Assembly: GCF_009914755.1 (NCBI RefSeq)
Contig: NC_060934.1
Strand: one strand, 5' to 3'
DNA from: the human T2T-CHM13v2.0 reference genome, Homo sapiens
DNA length: 64,000 nt
Positions within the stretch are counted from its first letter, which is position 1. Every line of letters begins with the position of its first letter. A program made the position numbers and the translations under genes. The notes below the pieces were generated by a model. It was not told the origin of the DNA and ran no database searches. It was given only the letters and a program-made list of their open reading frames with translations. This document shows positions 27,301-41,600 of the stretch, piece after piece.

Positions 27301-30300
27301 CTGCAAGTGATTAGTTAGACCCCTTTGAGGCCTTCGTTGGAAGCGGGATTTCTCATTTACTGCTAGACAGAAGAATTCTCAGTAAATCCTTTGTGTTGTG
27401 TGTATTCAACTCACAGAGTGGAACCTTCCTTTATTCAGAGCAGTTTTGAAAAACACTTTTTGTGGAATTTGCAAGTGGAGATTTCAAGCGATTTGACGCC
27501 AATCTTAGACATGGAAATATCTTCATATTAAAAGTACACAGAGTCATTCGTAGAAACTAGTTTGTGATGTGTGCCTTCAACTCACAGAGTTTAACCTTTC
27601 TTTTCATAGAGCAGTTTGGAAACACTCTATTTGTAAAGTCTGCAAGTGGATATTTGGACCCCTTTGAGGCCTTCGTTGGAAACGGGATTTCTTCATACAA
27701 CGCTAGACAGAAGAATTCTCAGTAACTTCTTTGTGTTGTGTGTATTCAACTCACAGAGTTGAACCTTTCTTTAGAGAGAGCAGAGTTGAAACACTCTGTT
27801 TTTGGAATTTGCAACTGCAGATTTCAAGCGATTCTAGGCCTATGGCAGAAAAGGAAATATCTTCGTATAAAAACTACACAGAATCATTCTCAACAACTAC
27901 TTTGTGATGTGTGCGTTCAACTCACAGAGTTTAACCTTTCTTTTCATAGAGCAGTTTGGAAACACTCTGTTTGTAAAGCCTGCAAGTGCTTTTTTGGACT
28001 TCATTGAGGCCTTCATTGGAAACGGGATTTCTTCATGTAATGCTAGACAGAAGAATTCTCAGTCACTTCTTTGTGTTGTGTGTATTCAAGTCACAGAGTT
28101 GAACCTTCCTTTAGACAGAGCAGTTTTGAAAAATTCTTTCTGTGTAATTTGCAAGTGGAGATTTCAAGCGATTTGAGGCTAATCTTTGAAATGGAAATAT
28201 CTTCGTGTAAAAACTACACAGAATCATTCTCAGAAACTGCTTTGTCATCTGTGCGTTCAGATCACAGAGTTTCACCTTTCTCTTCATAGAGCAGTTTGGA
28301 AAGACTCTGTCTGTAAAGTCTGCAAGTGATTAGTTAGACCCCTTTGAGGCCTTCGTTGGAAGCGGGATTTCTCATTTACTGCTAGACAGAAGAATTCTCA
28401 GTAAATCCTTTGTGTTGTGTGTATTCAACTCACAGAGTGGAACCTTCCTTTATTCAGAGCAGTTTTGAAAAACACTTTTTGTGGAATTTGCAAGTGGAGA
28501 TTTCAAGCGATTTGACGCCAATCTTAGACATGGAAATATCTTCATATTAAAAGTACACAGAGTCATTCGTAGAAACTAGTTTGTGATGTGTGCCTTCAAC
28601 TCACAGAGTTTAACCTTTCTTTTCATAGACCAGTTTGGAAACACTCTATTTGTAAAGTCTGCAAGTGGATATTTGGACCTCTTTGAGGCCTTCGTTGGAA
28701 ACGGGATTTCTTCATACAACGCTAGACAGAAGAATTCTCAGTAACTTCTTTGTGTTGTGTGTATTCAACTCACAGAGTTGAACCTTTCTTTAGAGAGAGC
28801 AGAGTTGAAACACTCTGTTTTTGGAATTTGCAACTGCAGATTTCAAGCGATTCTAGGCCTATGGCAGAAAAGGAAATATCTTCGTATAAAAACTACACAG
28901 AATCATTCTCAACAACTACTTTGTGATGTGTGCGTTCAACTCACAGAGTTTAACCTTTCTTTTCATAGAGCAGTTTGGAAACACTCTGTTTGTAAAGCCT
29001 GCAAGTGCTTTTTTGGACTTCATTGAGGCCTTCGTTGGAAACGGGATTTCTTCATATAATGCTAGACAGAAGAATTCTCAGTCACTTCTTTGTGTTGTGT
29101 GTATTCAAGTCACAGAGTTGAACCTTCCTTTAGACAGAGCAGTTTTGAAAAATTCTTTCTGTGGAGTTTGCAAGTGGAGATTTCAAGTGATTTGAGGCTA
29201 ATCTTTGAAATGGAAATATCTTCGTGTAAAAACTACACAGAATCATTCTCAGAAACTGCTTTGTCATCTGTGCGTTCAGTTCACAGAGTTTCACCTTTCT
29301 CTTCATAGAGCAGTTTGGAAAGACTCTGTCTGTAAAGTCTGCAAGTGATTAGTTAGACCCCTTTGAGGCCTTCGTTGGAAGCGGGATTTCTCATTTACTG
29401 CTAGACAGAAGAATTCTCAGTAAATCCTTTGTGTTGTGTGTATTCAACTCACAGAGTGGAACCTTCCTTTATTCAGAGCAGTTTTGAAAAACACTTTTTG
29501 TGGAATTTGCAAGTGGAGATTTCAAGCGATTTGACGCCAATCTTAGACATGGAAATATCTTCATATTAAAAGTACACAGAGTCATTCGTAGAAACTAGTT
29601 TGTGATGTGTGCCTTCAACTCACAGAGTTTAACCTCTCTTTTCATAGAGCAGTTTGGAAACACTCTATTTGTAAAGTCTGCAAGTGGATATTTGGACCTC
29701 TTTGAGGCCTTCGTTGGAAACGGGATTTCTTCATACAACGCTAGACAGAAGAATTCTCAGTAACTTCTTTGTGTTGTGTGTATTCAACTCACAGAGTTGA
29801 ACCTTTCTTTAGAGAGAGCAGAGTTGAAACACTCTGTTTTTGGAATTTGCAACTGCAGATTTCAAGCGCTTCTAGGCCTATGGCAGAAAAGGAAATATCT
29901 TCGTATAAAAACTACACAGAATCATTCTCAACAACTACTTTGTGATGTGTGCGTTCAACTCACAGAGTTTAACCTTTCTTTTCATAGAGCAGTTTGGAAA
30001 CACTCTGTTTGTAAAGCCTGCAAGTGCTTTTTTGGACTTCATTGAGGCCTTCGTTGGAAACGGGATTTCTTCATGTAATGCTAGACAGAAGAATTCTCAG
30101 TCACTTCTTTGTGTTGTGTGTATTCAAGTCACAGAGTTGAACCTTCCTTTAGACAGAGCAGTTTTGAAAAATTCTTTCTGTGGAGTTTGCAAGTGGAGAT
30201 TTCAAGCGATTTGAGGCTAATCTTTGAAATGGAAATATCTTCGTGTAAAAACTACACAGAATCATTCTCAGAAACTGCTTTGTCATCTGTGCGTTCAGTT

Positions 30301-33300
30301 CACAGAGTTTCACCTTTCTCTTCATAGAGCAGTTTGGAAAGACTCTGTCTGTAAAGTCTGCAAGTGATTAGTTAGACCCCTTTGAGGCCTTCGTTGGAAG
30401 CGGGATTTCTCATTTACTGCTAGACAGAAGAATTCTCAGTAAATCCTTTGTGTTGTGTGTATTCAACTCACAGAGTGGAACCTTCCTTTATTCAGAGCAG
30501 TTTTGAAACACTCTTTTTGTGGAATTTGCAAGTGGAGATTTCAAGCGATTTGACGCCAATCTTAGACATGGAAATATCTTCATATTAAAAGTACACAGAG
30601 TCATTCGTAGAAACTAGTTTGTGATGTGTGCCTTCAACTCACAGAGTTTAACCTTTCTTTTCATAGAGCAGTTGGGAAACACTCTATTTGTAAAGTCTGC
30701 AAGTGGATATTTGGACCTCTTTGAGGCCTTCGTTGGAAACGGGATTTCTTCATATAACGCTAGACAGAAGAATTCTCAGTAACTTCTTTGTGTTGTGTGT
30801 ATTCAACTCACAGAGTTGAACCTTTCTTTAGAGGGAGCAGAGGTGAAACACTCTTTTTGTGGAATTTGCTAGTGTAGATTTCAAACGCTTCGAAGACAGT
30901 GATAGAAAAGGATATATCTTCGTATTAAAAGTAGACAAAATCATTCTCAGAAAACTCTTTGTGATGTGTGTGTTCAACTCACAGAGTTTAACCTTTCTTT
31001 AATCGAGCAGTTTGGAAATACACTCTTTGTAAGTCTGCAGGTGGATATTTGGCCCTCTTTGAGCCCTTCGTTGGAAACGGGATTTCCTCATATAATGCTA
31101 GACAGAAGAATTCTCAGTAACTTCTTTGTGTTGTTTGTATTCAACACACAGATTTGAACCTTCCTTTAGAGAGAGCAGATTTGAAACACTCTGTTTTTGG
31201 AATTTGCAAGTGCAGATTTCAAGCGCTTCTAGGCCTATGGCAGAAAAGGAAATATCTTCGTATAAAAACTACACAGAATCATTCTCAACAACTACTTTGT
31301 GATGTGTGCGTTCAACTCACAGAGTTTAACCTTTCTTTTCATAGAGCAGTTTGGAAACACTCTGTTTGTAAAGCCTGCAAGTGCTTTTTTGGACTTCATT
31401 GAGGCCTTCGTTGGAAACGGGATTTCTTCATATAATGCTAGACAGAAGAATTCTCAGTCACTTCTTTGTGTTGTGTGTATTCAAGTCACAGAGTTGAACC
31501 TTCCTTTAGACAGAGCAGTTTTGAAAAATTCTTTCTGTGGAGTTTGCAAGTGGAGATTTCAAGCGATTTGAGGCTAATCTTTGAAATGGAAATATCTTCG
31601 TGTAAAAACTACACAGAATCATTCTCAGAAACTGCTTTGTCATCTGTGCGTTCAGTTCACAGAGTTTCACCTTTCTCTTCATAGAGCAGTTTGGAAAGAC
31701 TCTGTCTGTAAAGTCTGCAAGTGATTAGTTAGACCCCTTTGAGGCCTTCGTTGGAAGCGGGATTTCTCATTTACTGCTAGACAGAAGAATTCTCAGTAAA
31801 TCCTTTGTGTTGTGTGTATTCAACTCACAGAGTGGAACCTTCCTTTATTCAGAGCAGTTTTGAAACACTCTTTTTGTGGAATTTGCAAGTGGAGATTTCA
31901 AGCGATTTGACGCCAATCTTAGACATGGAAATATCTTCATATTAAAAGTACACAGAGTCATTCGTAGAAACTAGTTTGTGATGTGTGCCTTCAACTCACA
32001 GAGTTTAACCTTTCTTTTCATAGAGCAGTTGGGAAACACTCTATTTGTAAAGTCTGCAAGTGGATATTTGGACCTCTTTGAGGCCTTCGTTGGAAACGGG
32101 ATTTCTTCATATAACGCTAGACAGAAGAATTCTCAGTAACTTCTTTGTGTTGTGTGTATTCAACTCACAGAGTTGAACCTTTCTTTAGAGGGAGCAGAGG
32201 TGAAACACTCTTTTTGTGGAATTTGCTAGTGTAGATTTCAAACGCTTCGAAGACAGTGATAGAAAAGGATATATCTTCGTATTAAAAGTAGACAAAATCA
32301 TTCTCAGAAAACTCTTTGTGATGTGTGTGTTCAACTCACAGAGTTTAACCTTTCTTTAATCGAGCAGTTTGGAAATACACTCTTTGTAAGTCTGCAGGTG
32401 GATATTTGGCCCTCTTTGAGCCCTTCGTTGGAAACGGGATTTCCTCATATAATGCTAGACAGAAGAATTCTCAGTAACTTCTTTGTGTTGTTTGTATTCA
32501 ACACACAGATTTGAACCTTCCTTTAGAGAGAGCAGATTTGAAACACTCTGTTTTTGGAATTTGCAAGTGCAGATTTCAAGCGCTTCTAGGCCTATGGCAG
32601 AAAAGGAAATATCTTCGTATAAAAACTACACAGAATCATTCTCAACAACTACTTTGTGATGTGTGCGTTCAACTCACAGAGTTTAACCTTTCTTTTCATA
32701 GAGCAGTTTGGAAACACTCTGTTTGTAAAGCCTGCAAGTGCTTTTTTGGACTTCATTGAGGCCTTCGTTGGAAACGGGATTTCTTCATATAATGCTAGAC
32801 AGAAGAATTCTCAGTCACTTCTTTGTGTTGTGTGTATTCAAGTCACAGAGTTGAACCTTCCTTTAGACAGAGCAGTTTTGAAAAATTCTTTCTGTGGAGT
32901 TTGCAAGTGGAGATTTCAAGCGATTTGAGGCTAATCTTTGAAATGGAAATATCTTCGTGTAAAAACTACACAGAATCATTCTCAGAAACTGCTTTGTCAT
33001 CTGTGCGTTCAGTTCACAGAGTTTCACCTTTCTCTTCATAGAGCAGTTTGGAAAGACTCTGTCTGTAAAGTCTGCAAGTGATTAGTTAGACCCCTTTGAG
33101 GCCTTCGTTGGAAGCGGGATTTCTCATTTACTGCTAGACAGAAGAATTCTCAGTAAATCCTTTGTGTTGTGTGTATTCAACTCACAGAGTGGAACCTTCC
33201 TTTATTCAGAGCAGTTTTGAAACACTCTTTTTGTGGAATTTGCAAGTGGAGATTTCAAGCGATTTGACGCCAATCTTAGACATGGAAATATCTTCATATT

Positions 33301-36300
33301 AAAAGTACACAGAGTCATTCGTAGAAACTAGTTTGTGATGTGTGCCTTCAACTCACAGAGTTTAACCTTTCTTTTCATAGAGCAGTTGGGAAACACTCTA
33401 TTTGTAAAGTCTGCAAGTGGATATTTGGACCTCTTTGAGGCCTTCGTTGGAAACGGGATTTCTTCATATAACGCTAGACAGAAGAATTCTCAGTAACTTC
33501 TTTGTGTTGTGTGTATTCAACTCACAGAGTTGAACCTTTCTTTAGAGGGAGCAGAGGTGAAACACTCTTTTTGTGGAATTTGCTAGTGTAGATTTCAAAC
33601 GCTTCGAAGACAGTGATAGAAAAGGATATATCTTCGTATTAAAAGTAGACAAAATCATTCTCAGAAAACTCTTTGTGATGTGTGTGTTCAACTCACAGAG
33701 TTTAACCTTTCTTTAATCGAGCAGTTTGGAAATACACTCTTTGTAAGTCTGCAGGTGGATATTTGGCCCTCTTTGAGCCCTTCGTTGGAAACGGGATTTC
33801 CTCATATAATGCTAGACAGAAGAATTCTCAGTAACTTCTTTGTGTTGTTTGTATTCAACACACAGATTTGAACCTTCCTTTAGAGAGAGCAGATTTGAAA
33901 CACTCTGTTTTTGGAATTTGCAAGTGCAGATTTCAAGCGCTTCTAGGCCTATGGCAGAAAAGGAAATATCTTCGTATAAAAACTACACAGAATCATTCTC
34001 AACAACTACTTTGTGATGTGTGCGTTCAACTCACAGAGTTTAACCTTTCTTTTCATAGAGCAGTTTGGAAACACTCTGTTTGTAAAGCCTGCAAGTGCTT
34101 TTTTGGACTTCATTGAGGCCTTCGTTGGAAACGGGATTTCTTCATATAATGCTAGACAGAAGAATTCTCAGTCACTTCTTTGTGTTGTGTGTATTCAAGT
34201 CACAGAGTTGAACCTTCCTTTAGACAGAGCAGTTTTGAAAAATTCTTTCTGTGGAGTTTGCAAGTGGAGATTTCAAGCGATTTGAGGCTAATCTTTGAAA
34301 TGGAAATATCTTCGTGTAAAAACTACACAGAATCATTCTCAGAAACTGCTTTGTCATCTGTGCGTTCAGTTCACAGAGTTTCACCTTTCTCTTCATAGAG
34401 CAGTTTGGAAAGACTCTGTCTGTAAAGTCTGCAAGTGATTAGTTAGACCCCTTTGAGGCCTTCGTTGGAAGCGGGATTTCTCATTTACTGCTAGACAGAA
34501 GAATTCTCAGTAAATCCTTTGTGTTGTGTGTATTCAACTCACAGAGTGGAACCTTCCTTTATTCAGAGCAGTTTTGAAACACTCTTTTTGTGGAATTTGC
34601 AAGTGGAGATTTCAAGCGATTTGACGCCAATCTTAGACATGGAAATATCTTCATATTAAAAGTACACAGAGTCATTCGTAGAAACTAGTTTGTGATGTGT
34701 GCCTTCAACTCACAGAGTTTAACCTTTCTTTTCATAGAGCAGTTGGGAAACACTCTACTTGTAAAGTCTGCAAGTGGATATTTGGACCTCTTTGAGGCCT
34801 TCGTTGGAAACGGGATTTCTTCATATAACGCTAGACAGAAGAATTCTCAGTAACTTCTTTGTGTTGTGTGTATTCAACTCACAGAGTTGAACCTTTCTTT
34901 AGAGGGAGCAGAGGTGAAACACTCTTTTTGTGGAATTTGCTAGTGTAGATTTCAAACGCTTCGAAGACAGTGATAGAAAAGGATATATCTTCGTATTAAA
35001 AGTAGACAAAATCATTCTCAGAAAACTCTTTGTGATGTGTGTGTTCAACTCACAGAGTTTAACCTTTCTTTAATCGAGCAGTTTGGAAATACACTCTTTG
35101 TAAGTCTGCAGGTGGATATTTGGCCCTCTTTGAGCCCTTCGTTGGAAACGGGATTTCCTCATATAATGCTAGACAGAAGAATTCTCAGTAACTTCTTTGT
35201 GTTGTTTGTATTCAACACACAGATTTGAACCTTCCTTTAGAGAGAGCAGATTTGAAACACTCTGTTTTTGGAATTTGCAAGTGCAGATTTCAAGCGCTTC
35301 TAGGCCTATGGCAGAAAAGGAAATATCTTCGTATAAAAACTACACAGAATCATTCTCAACAACTACTTTGTGATGTGTGCGTTCAACTCACAGAGTTTAA
35401 CCTTTCTTTTCATAGAGCAGTTTGGAAACACTCTGTTTGTAAAGCCTGCAAGTGCTTTTTTGGACTTCATTGAGGCCTTCGTTGGAAACGGGATTTCTTC
35501 ATATAATGCTAGACAGAAGAATTCTCAGTCACTTCTTTGTGTTGTGTGTATTCAAGTCACAGAGTTGAACCTTCCTTTAGACAGAGCAGTTTTGAAAAAT
35601 TCTTTCTGTGGAATTTGCAAGTGGAGATTTCAAGCGATTTGAGGCTAATCTTTGAAATGGAAATATCTTCGTGTAAAAACTACACAGAATCATTCTCAGA
35701 AACTGCTTTGTCATCTGTGCGTTCAGTTCACAGAGTTTCACCTTTCTCTTCATAGAGCAGTTTGGAAAGACTCTGTCTGTAAAGTCTGCAAGTGATTAGT
35801 TAGACCCCTTTGAGGCCTTCGTTGGAAGCGGGATTTCTCATTTACTGCTAGACAGAAGAATTCTCAGTAAATCCTTTGTGTTGTGTGTATTCAACTCACA
35901 GAGTGGAACCTTCCTTTATTCAGAGCAGTTTTGAAAAACACTTTTTGTGGAATTTGCAAGTGGAGATTTCAAGCGATTTGACGCCAATCTTAGACATGGA
36001 AATATCTTCATATTAAAAGTACACAGAGTCATTCGTAGAAACTAGTTTGTGATGTGTGCCTTCAACTCACAGAGTTTAACCTTTCTTTTCATAGAGCAGT
36101 TGGGAAACACTCTACTTGTAAAGTCTGCAAGTGGATATTTGGACCTCTTTGAGGCCTTCGTTGGAAACGGGATTTCTTCATATAACGCTAGACAGAAGAA
36201 TTCTCAGTAACTTCTTTGTGTTGTGTGTATTCAACTCACAGAGTTGAACCTTTCTTTAGAGGGAGCAGAGGTGAAACACTCTTTTTGTGGAATTTGCTAG

Positions 36301-38645
36301 TGTAGATTTCAAACGCTTCGAAGACAGTGATAGAAAAGGATATATCTTCGTATTAAAAGTAGACAAAATCATTCTCAGAAAACTCTTTGTGATGTGTGTG
36401 TTCAACTCACAGAGTTTAACCTTTCTTTAATCGAGCAGTTTGGAAATACACTCTTTGTAAGTCTGCAGGTGGATATTTGGCCCTCTTTGAGCCCTTCGTT
36501 GGAAACGGGATTTCCTCATATAATGCTAGACAGAAGAATTCTCAGTAACTTCTTTGTGTTGTTTGTATTCAACACACAGATTTGAACCTTCCTTTAGAGA
36601 GAGCAGATTTGAAACACTCTGTTTTTGGAATTTGCAAGTGCAGATTTCAAGCGCTTCTAGGCCTATGGCAGAAAAGGAAATATCTTCGTATAAAAACTAC
36701 ACAGAATCATTCTCAACAACTACTTTGTGATGTGTGCGTTCAACTCACAGAGTTTAACCTTTCTTTTCATAGAGCAGTTTGGAAACACTCTGTTTGTAAA
36801 GCCTGCAAGTGCTTTTTTGGACTTCATTGAGGCCTTCGTTGGAAACGGGATTTCTTCATATAATGCTAGACAGAAGAATTCTCAGTCACTTCTTTGTGTT
36901 GTGTGTATTCAAGTCACAGAGTTGAACCTTCCTTTAGACAGAGCAGTTTTGAAAAATTCTTTCTGTGGAATTTGCAAGTGGAGATTTCAAGCGATTTGAG
37001 GCTAATCTTTGAAATGGAAATATCTTCGTGTAAAAACTACACAGAATCATTCTCAGAAACTGCTTTGTCATCTGTGCGTTCAGTTCACAGAGTTTCACCT
37101 TTCTCTTCATAGAGCAGTTTGGAAAGACTCTGTCTGTAAAGTCTGCAAGTGATTAGTTAGACCCCTTTGAGGCCTTCGTTGGAAGCGGGATTTCTCATTT
37201 ACTGCTAGACAGAAGAATTCTCAGTAAATCCTTTGTGTTGTGTGTATTCAACTCACAGAGTGGAACCTTCCTTTATTCAGAGCAGTTTTGAAAAACACTT
37301 TTTGTGGAATTTGCAAGTGGAGATTTCAAGCGATTTGACGCCAATCTTAGACATGGAAATATCTTCATATTAAAAGTACACAGAGTCATTCGTAGAAACT
37401 AGTTTGTGATGTGTGCCTTCAACTCACAGAGTTTAACCTTTCTTTTCATAGAGCAGTTTGGAAACACTCTATTTGTAAAGTCTGCAAGTGGATATTTGGA
37501 CCTCTTTGAGGCCTTCGTTGGAAACGGGATTTCTTCATACAACGCTAGACAGAAGAATTCTCAGTAACTTCTTTGTGTTGTGTGTATTCAACTCACAGAG
37601 TTGAACCTTTCTTTAGAGAGAGCAGAGTTGAAACACTCTGTTTTTGGAATTTGCAACTGCAGATTTCAAGCGATTCTAGGCCTATGGCAGAAAAGGAAAT
37701 ATCTTCGTATAAAAACTACACAGAATCATTCTCAACAACTACTTTGTGATGTGTGCGTTCAACTCACAGAGTTTAACCTTTCTTTTCATAGAGCAGTTTG
37801 GAAACACTCTGTTTGTAAAGCCTGCAAGTGCTTTTTTGGACTTCATTGAGGCCTTCGTTGGAAACGGGATTTCTTCATATAATGCTAGACAGAAGAATTC
37901 TCAGTCACTTCTTTGTGTTGTGTGTATTCAAGTCACAGAGTTGAACCTTCCTTTAGACAGAGCAGTTTTGAAAAATTCTTTCTGTGTAATTTGCAAGTGG
38001 AGATTTCAAGCGATTTGAGGCTAATCTTTGAAATGGAAATATCTTCGTGTAAAAACTACACAGAATCATTCTCAGAAACTGCTTTGTCATCTGTGCGTTC
38101 AGTTCACAGAGTTTCACCTTTCTCTTCATAGAGCAGTTTGGAAAGACTCTGTCTGTAAAGTCTGCAAGTGATTAGTTAGACCCCTTTGAGGCCTTCGTTG
38201 GAAGCGGGATTTCTCATTTACTGCTAGACAGAAGAATTCTCAGTAAATCCTTTGTGTTGTGTGTATTCAACTCACAGAGTGGAACCTTCCTTTATTCAGA
38301 GCAGTTTTGAAACACTCTTTTTGTGGAATTTGCAAGTGGAGATTTCAAGCGATTTGACGCCAATCTTAGACATGGAAATATCTTCATATTAAAAGTACAC
38401 AGAGTCATTCGTAGAAACTAGTTTGTGATGTGTGCCTTCAACTCACAGAGTTTAACCTTTCTTTTCATAGAGCAGTTGGGAAACACTCTATTTGTAAAGT
38501 CTGCAAGTGGATATTTGGACCTCTTTGAGGCCTTCGTTGGAAACGGGATTTCTTCATATAACGCTAGACAGAAGAATTCTCAGTAACTTCTTTGTGTTGT
38601 GTGTATTCAACTCACAGAGTTGAACCTTTCTTTAGAGGGAGCAGA
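15567..38645 (+). repeat. Tandem super-HOR duplication, period 10861 bp (5x8-mer + 4x6-mer); second copy has one extra 8-mer
   Basis: Shared rare SNVs at an exact +10861 offset: 16800/27661, 17400/28261, 17769/28630, 18327/29188, 18775/29636, 19008/29869, 23897/34758. Boundaries are approximate. Confidence 0.9.
28011..28027 (+). promoter_or_regulatory. Disrupted CENP-B box
   Basis: CTTCATTGGAAACGGGA: G>A at 28015 in the essential TTCG core (visible as AFI instead of AFV in ORF 27904). Confidence 0.9.
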
Positions 38646-41600
38646 GGTGAAACACTCTTTTTGTGGAATTTGCTAGTGTAGATTTCAAACGCTTCGAAGA
38701 CAGTGATAGAAAAGGATATATCTTCGTATTAAAAGTAGACAAAATCATTCTCAGAAAACTCTTTGTGATGTGTGTGTTCAACTCACAGAGTTTAACCTTT
38801 CTTTAATCGAGCAGTTTGGAAATACACTCTTTGTAAGTCTGCAGGTGGATATTTGGCCCTCTTTGAGCCCTTCGTTGGAAACGGGATTTCCTCATATAAT
38901 GCTAGACAGAAGAATTCTCAGTAACTTCTTTGTGTTGTTTGTATTCAACACACAGATTTGAACCTTCCTTTAGAGAGAGCAGATTTGAAACACTCTGTTT
39001 TTGGAATTTGCAAGTGCAGATTTCAAGCGCTTCTAGGCCTATGGCAGAAAAGGAAATATCTTCATATAAAAACTACACAGAATCATTCTCAACAACTACT
39101 TTGTGATGTGTGCGTTCAACTCACAGAGTTTAACCTTTCTTTTCATAGAGCAGTTTGGAAACACTCTGTTTGTAAAGCCTGCAAGTGCTTTTTTGGACTT
39201 CATTGAGGCCTTCGTTGGAAACGGGATTTCTTCATATAATGCTAGACAGAAGAATTCTCAGTCACTTCTTTGTGTTGTGTGTATTCAAGTCACAGAGTTG
39301 AACCTTCCTTTAGACAGAGCAGTTTTGAAAAATTCTTTCTGTGGAGTTTGCAAGTGGAGATTTCAAGCGATTTGAGGCTAATCTTTGAAATGGAAATATC
39401 TTCGTGTAAAAACTACACAGAATCATTCTCAGAAACTGCTTTGTCATCTGTGCGTTCAGTTCACAGAGTTTCACCTTTCTCTTCATAGAGCAGTTTGGAA
39501 AGACTCTGTCTGTAAAGTCTGCAAGTGATTAGTTAGACCCCTTTGAGGCCTTCGTTGGAAGCGGGATTTCTCATTTACTGCTAGACAGAAGAATTCTCAG
39601 TAAATCCTTTGTGTTGTGTGTATTCAACTCACAGAGTGGAACCTTCCTTTATTCAGAGCAGTTTTGAAAAACACTTTTTGTGGAATTTGCAAGTGGAGAT
39701 TTCAAGCGATTTGACGCCAATCTTAGACATGGAAATATCTTCATATTAAAAGTACACAGAGTCATTCGTAGAAACTAGTTTGTGATGTGTGCCTTCAACT
39801 CACAGAGTTTAACCTTTCTTTTCATAGACCAGTTTGGAAACACTCTATTTGTAAAGTCTGCAAGTGGATATTTGGACTTCTTTGAGGCCTTCGTTGGAAA
39901 CGGGATTTCTTCATACAACGCTAGACAGAAGAATTCTCAGTAACTTCTTTGTGTTGTGTGTATTCAACTCACAGAGTTGAACCTTTCTTTAGAGAGAGCA
40001 GAGTTGAAACACTCTGTTTTTGGAATTTGCAACTGCAGATTTCAAGCGATTCTAGGCCTATGGCAGAAAAGGAAATATCTTCGTATAAAAACTACACAGA
40101 ATCATTCTCAACAACTACTTTGTGATGTGTGCGTTCAACTCACAGAGTTTAACCTTTCTTTTCATAGAGCAGTTTGGAAACACTCTGTTTGTAAAGCCTG
40201 CAAGTGCTTTTTTGGACTTCATTGAGGCCTTCGTTGGAAACGGGATTTCTTCATATAATGCTAGACAGAAGAATTCTCAGTCACTTCTTTGTGTTGTGTG
40301 TATTCAAGTCACAGAGTTGAACCTTCCTTTAGACAGAGCAGTTTTGAAAAATTCTTTCTGTGGAGTTTGCAAGTGGAGATTTCAAGCGATTTGAGGCTAA
40401 TCTTTGAAATGGAAATATCTTCGTGTAAAAACTACACAGAATCATTCTCAGAAACTGCTTTGTCATCTGTGCGTTCAGTTCACAGAGTTTCACCTTTCTC
40501 TTCATAGAGCAGTTTGGAAAGACTCTGTCTGTAAAGTCTGCAAGTGATTAGTTAGACCCCTTTGAGGCCTTCGTTGGAAGCGGGATTTCTCATTTACTGC
40601 TAGACAGAAGAATTCTCAGTAAATCCTTTGTGTTGTGTGTATTCAACTCACAGAGTGGAACCTTCCTTTATTCAGAGCAGTTTTGAAACACTCTTTTTGT
40701 GGAATTTGCAAGTGGAGATTTCAAGCGATTTGACGCCAATCTTAGACATGGAAATATCTTCATATTAAAAGTACACAGAGTCATTCGTAGAAACTAGTTT
40801 GTGATGTGTGCCTTCAACTCACAGAGTTTAACCTTTCTTTTCATAGAGCAGTTGGGAAACACTCTATTTGTAAAGTCTGCAAGTGGATATTTGGACCTCT
40901 TTGAGGCCTTCGTTGGAAACGGGATTTCTTCATATAACGCTAGACAGAAGAATTCTCAGTAACTTCTTTGTGTTGTGTGTATTCAACTCACAGAGTTGAA
41001 CCTTTCTTTAGAGGGAGCAGTGGTGAAACACTCTTTTTGTGGAATTTGCTAGTGTAGATTTCAAACGCTTCGAAGACAGTGATAGAAAAGGATATATCTT
41101 CGTATTAAAAGTAGACAAAATCATTCTCAGAAAACTCTTTGTGATGTGTGTGTTCAACTCACAGAGTTTAACCTTTCTTTAATCGAGCAGTTTGGAAATA
41201 CACTCTTTGTAAGTCTGCAGGTGGATATTTGGCCCTCTTTGAGCCCTTCGTTGGAAACGGGATTTCCTCATATAATGCTAGACAGAAGAATTCTCAGTAA
41301 CTTCTTTGTGTTGTTTGTATTCAACACACAGATTTGAACCTTCCTTTAGAGAGAGCAGATTTGAAACACTCTGTTTTTGGAATTTGCAAGTGCAGATTTC
41401 AAGCGCTTCTAGGCCTATGGCAGAAAAGGAAATATCTTCGTATAAAAACTACACAGAATCATTCTCAACAACTACTTTGTGATGTGTGCGTTCAACTCAC
41501 AGAGTTTAACCTTTCTTTTCATAGAGCAGTTTGGAAACACTCTGTTTGTAAAGCCTGCAAGTGCTTTTTTGGACTTCATTGAGGCCTTCGTTGGAAACGG

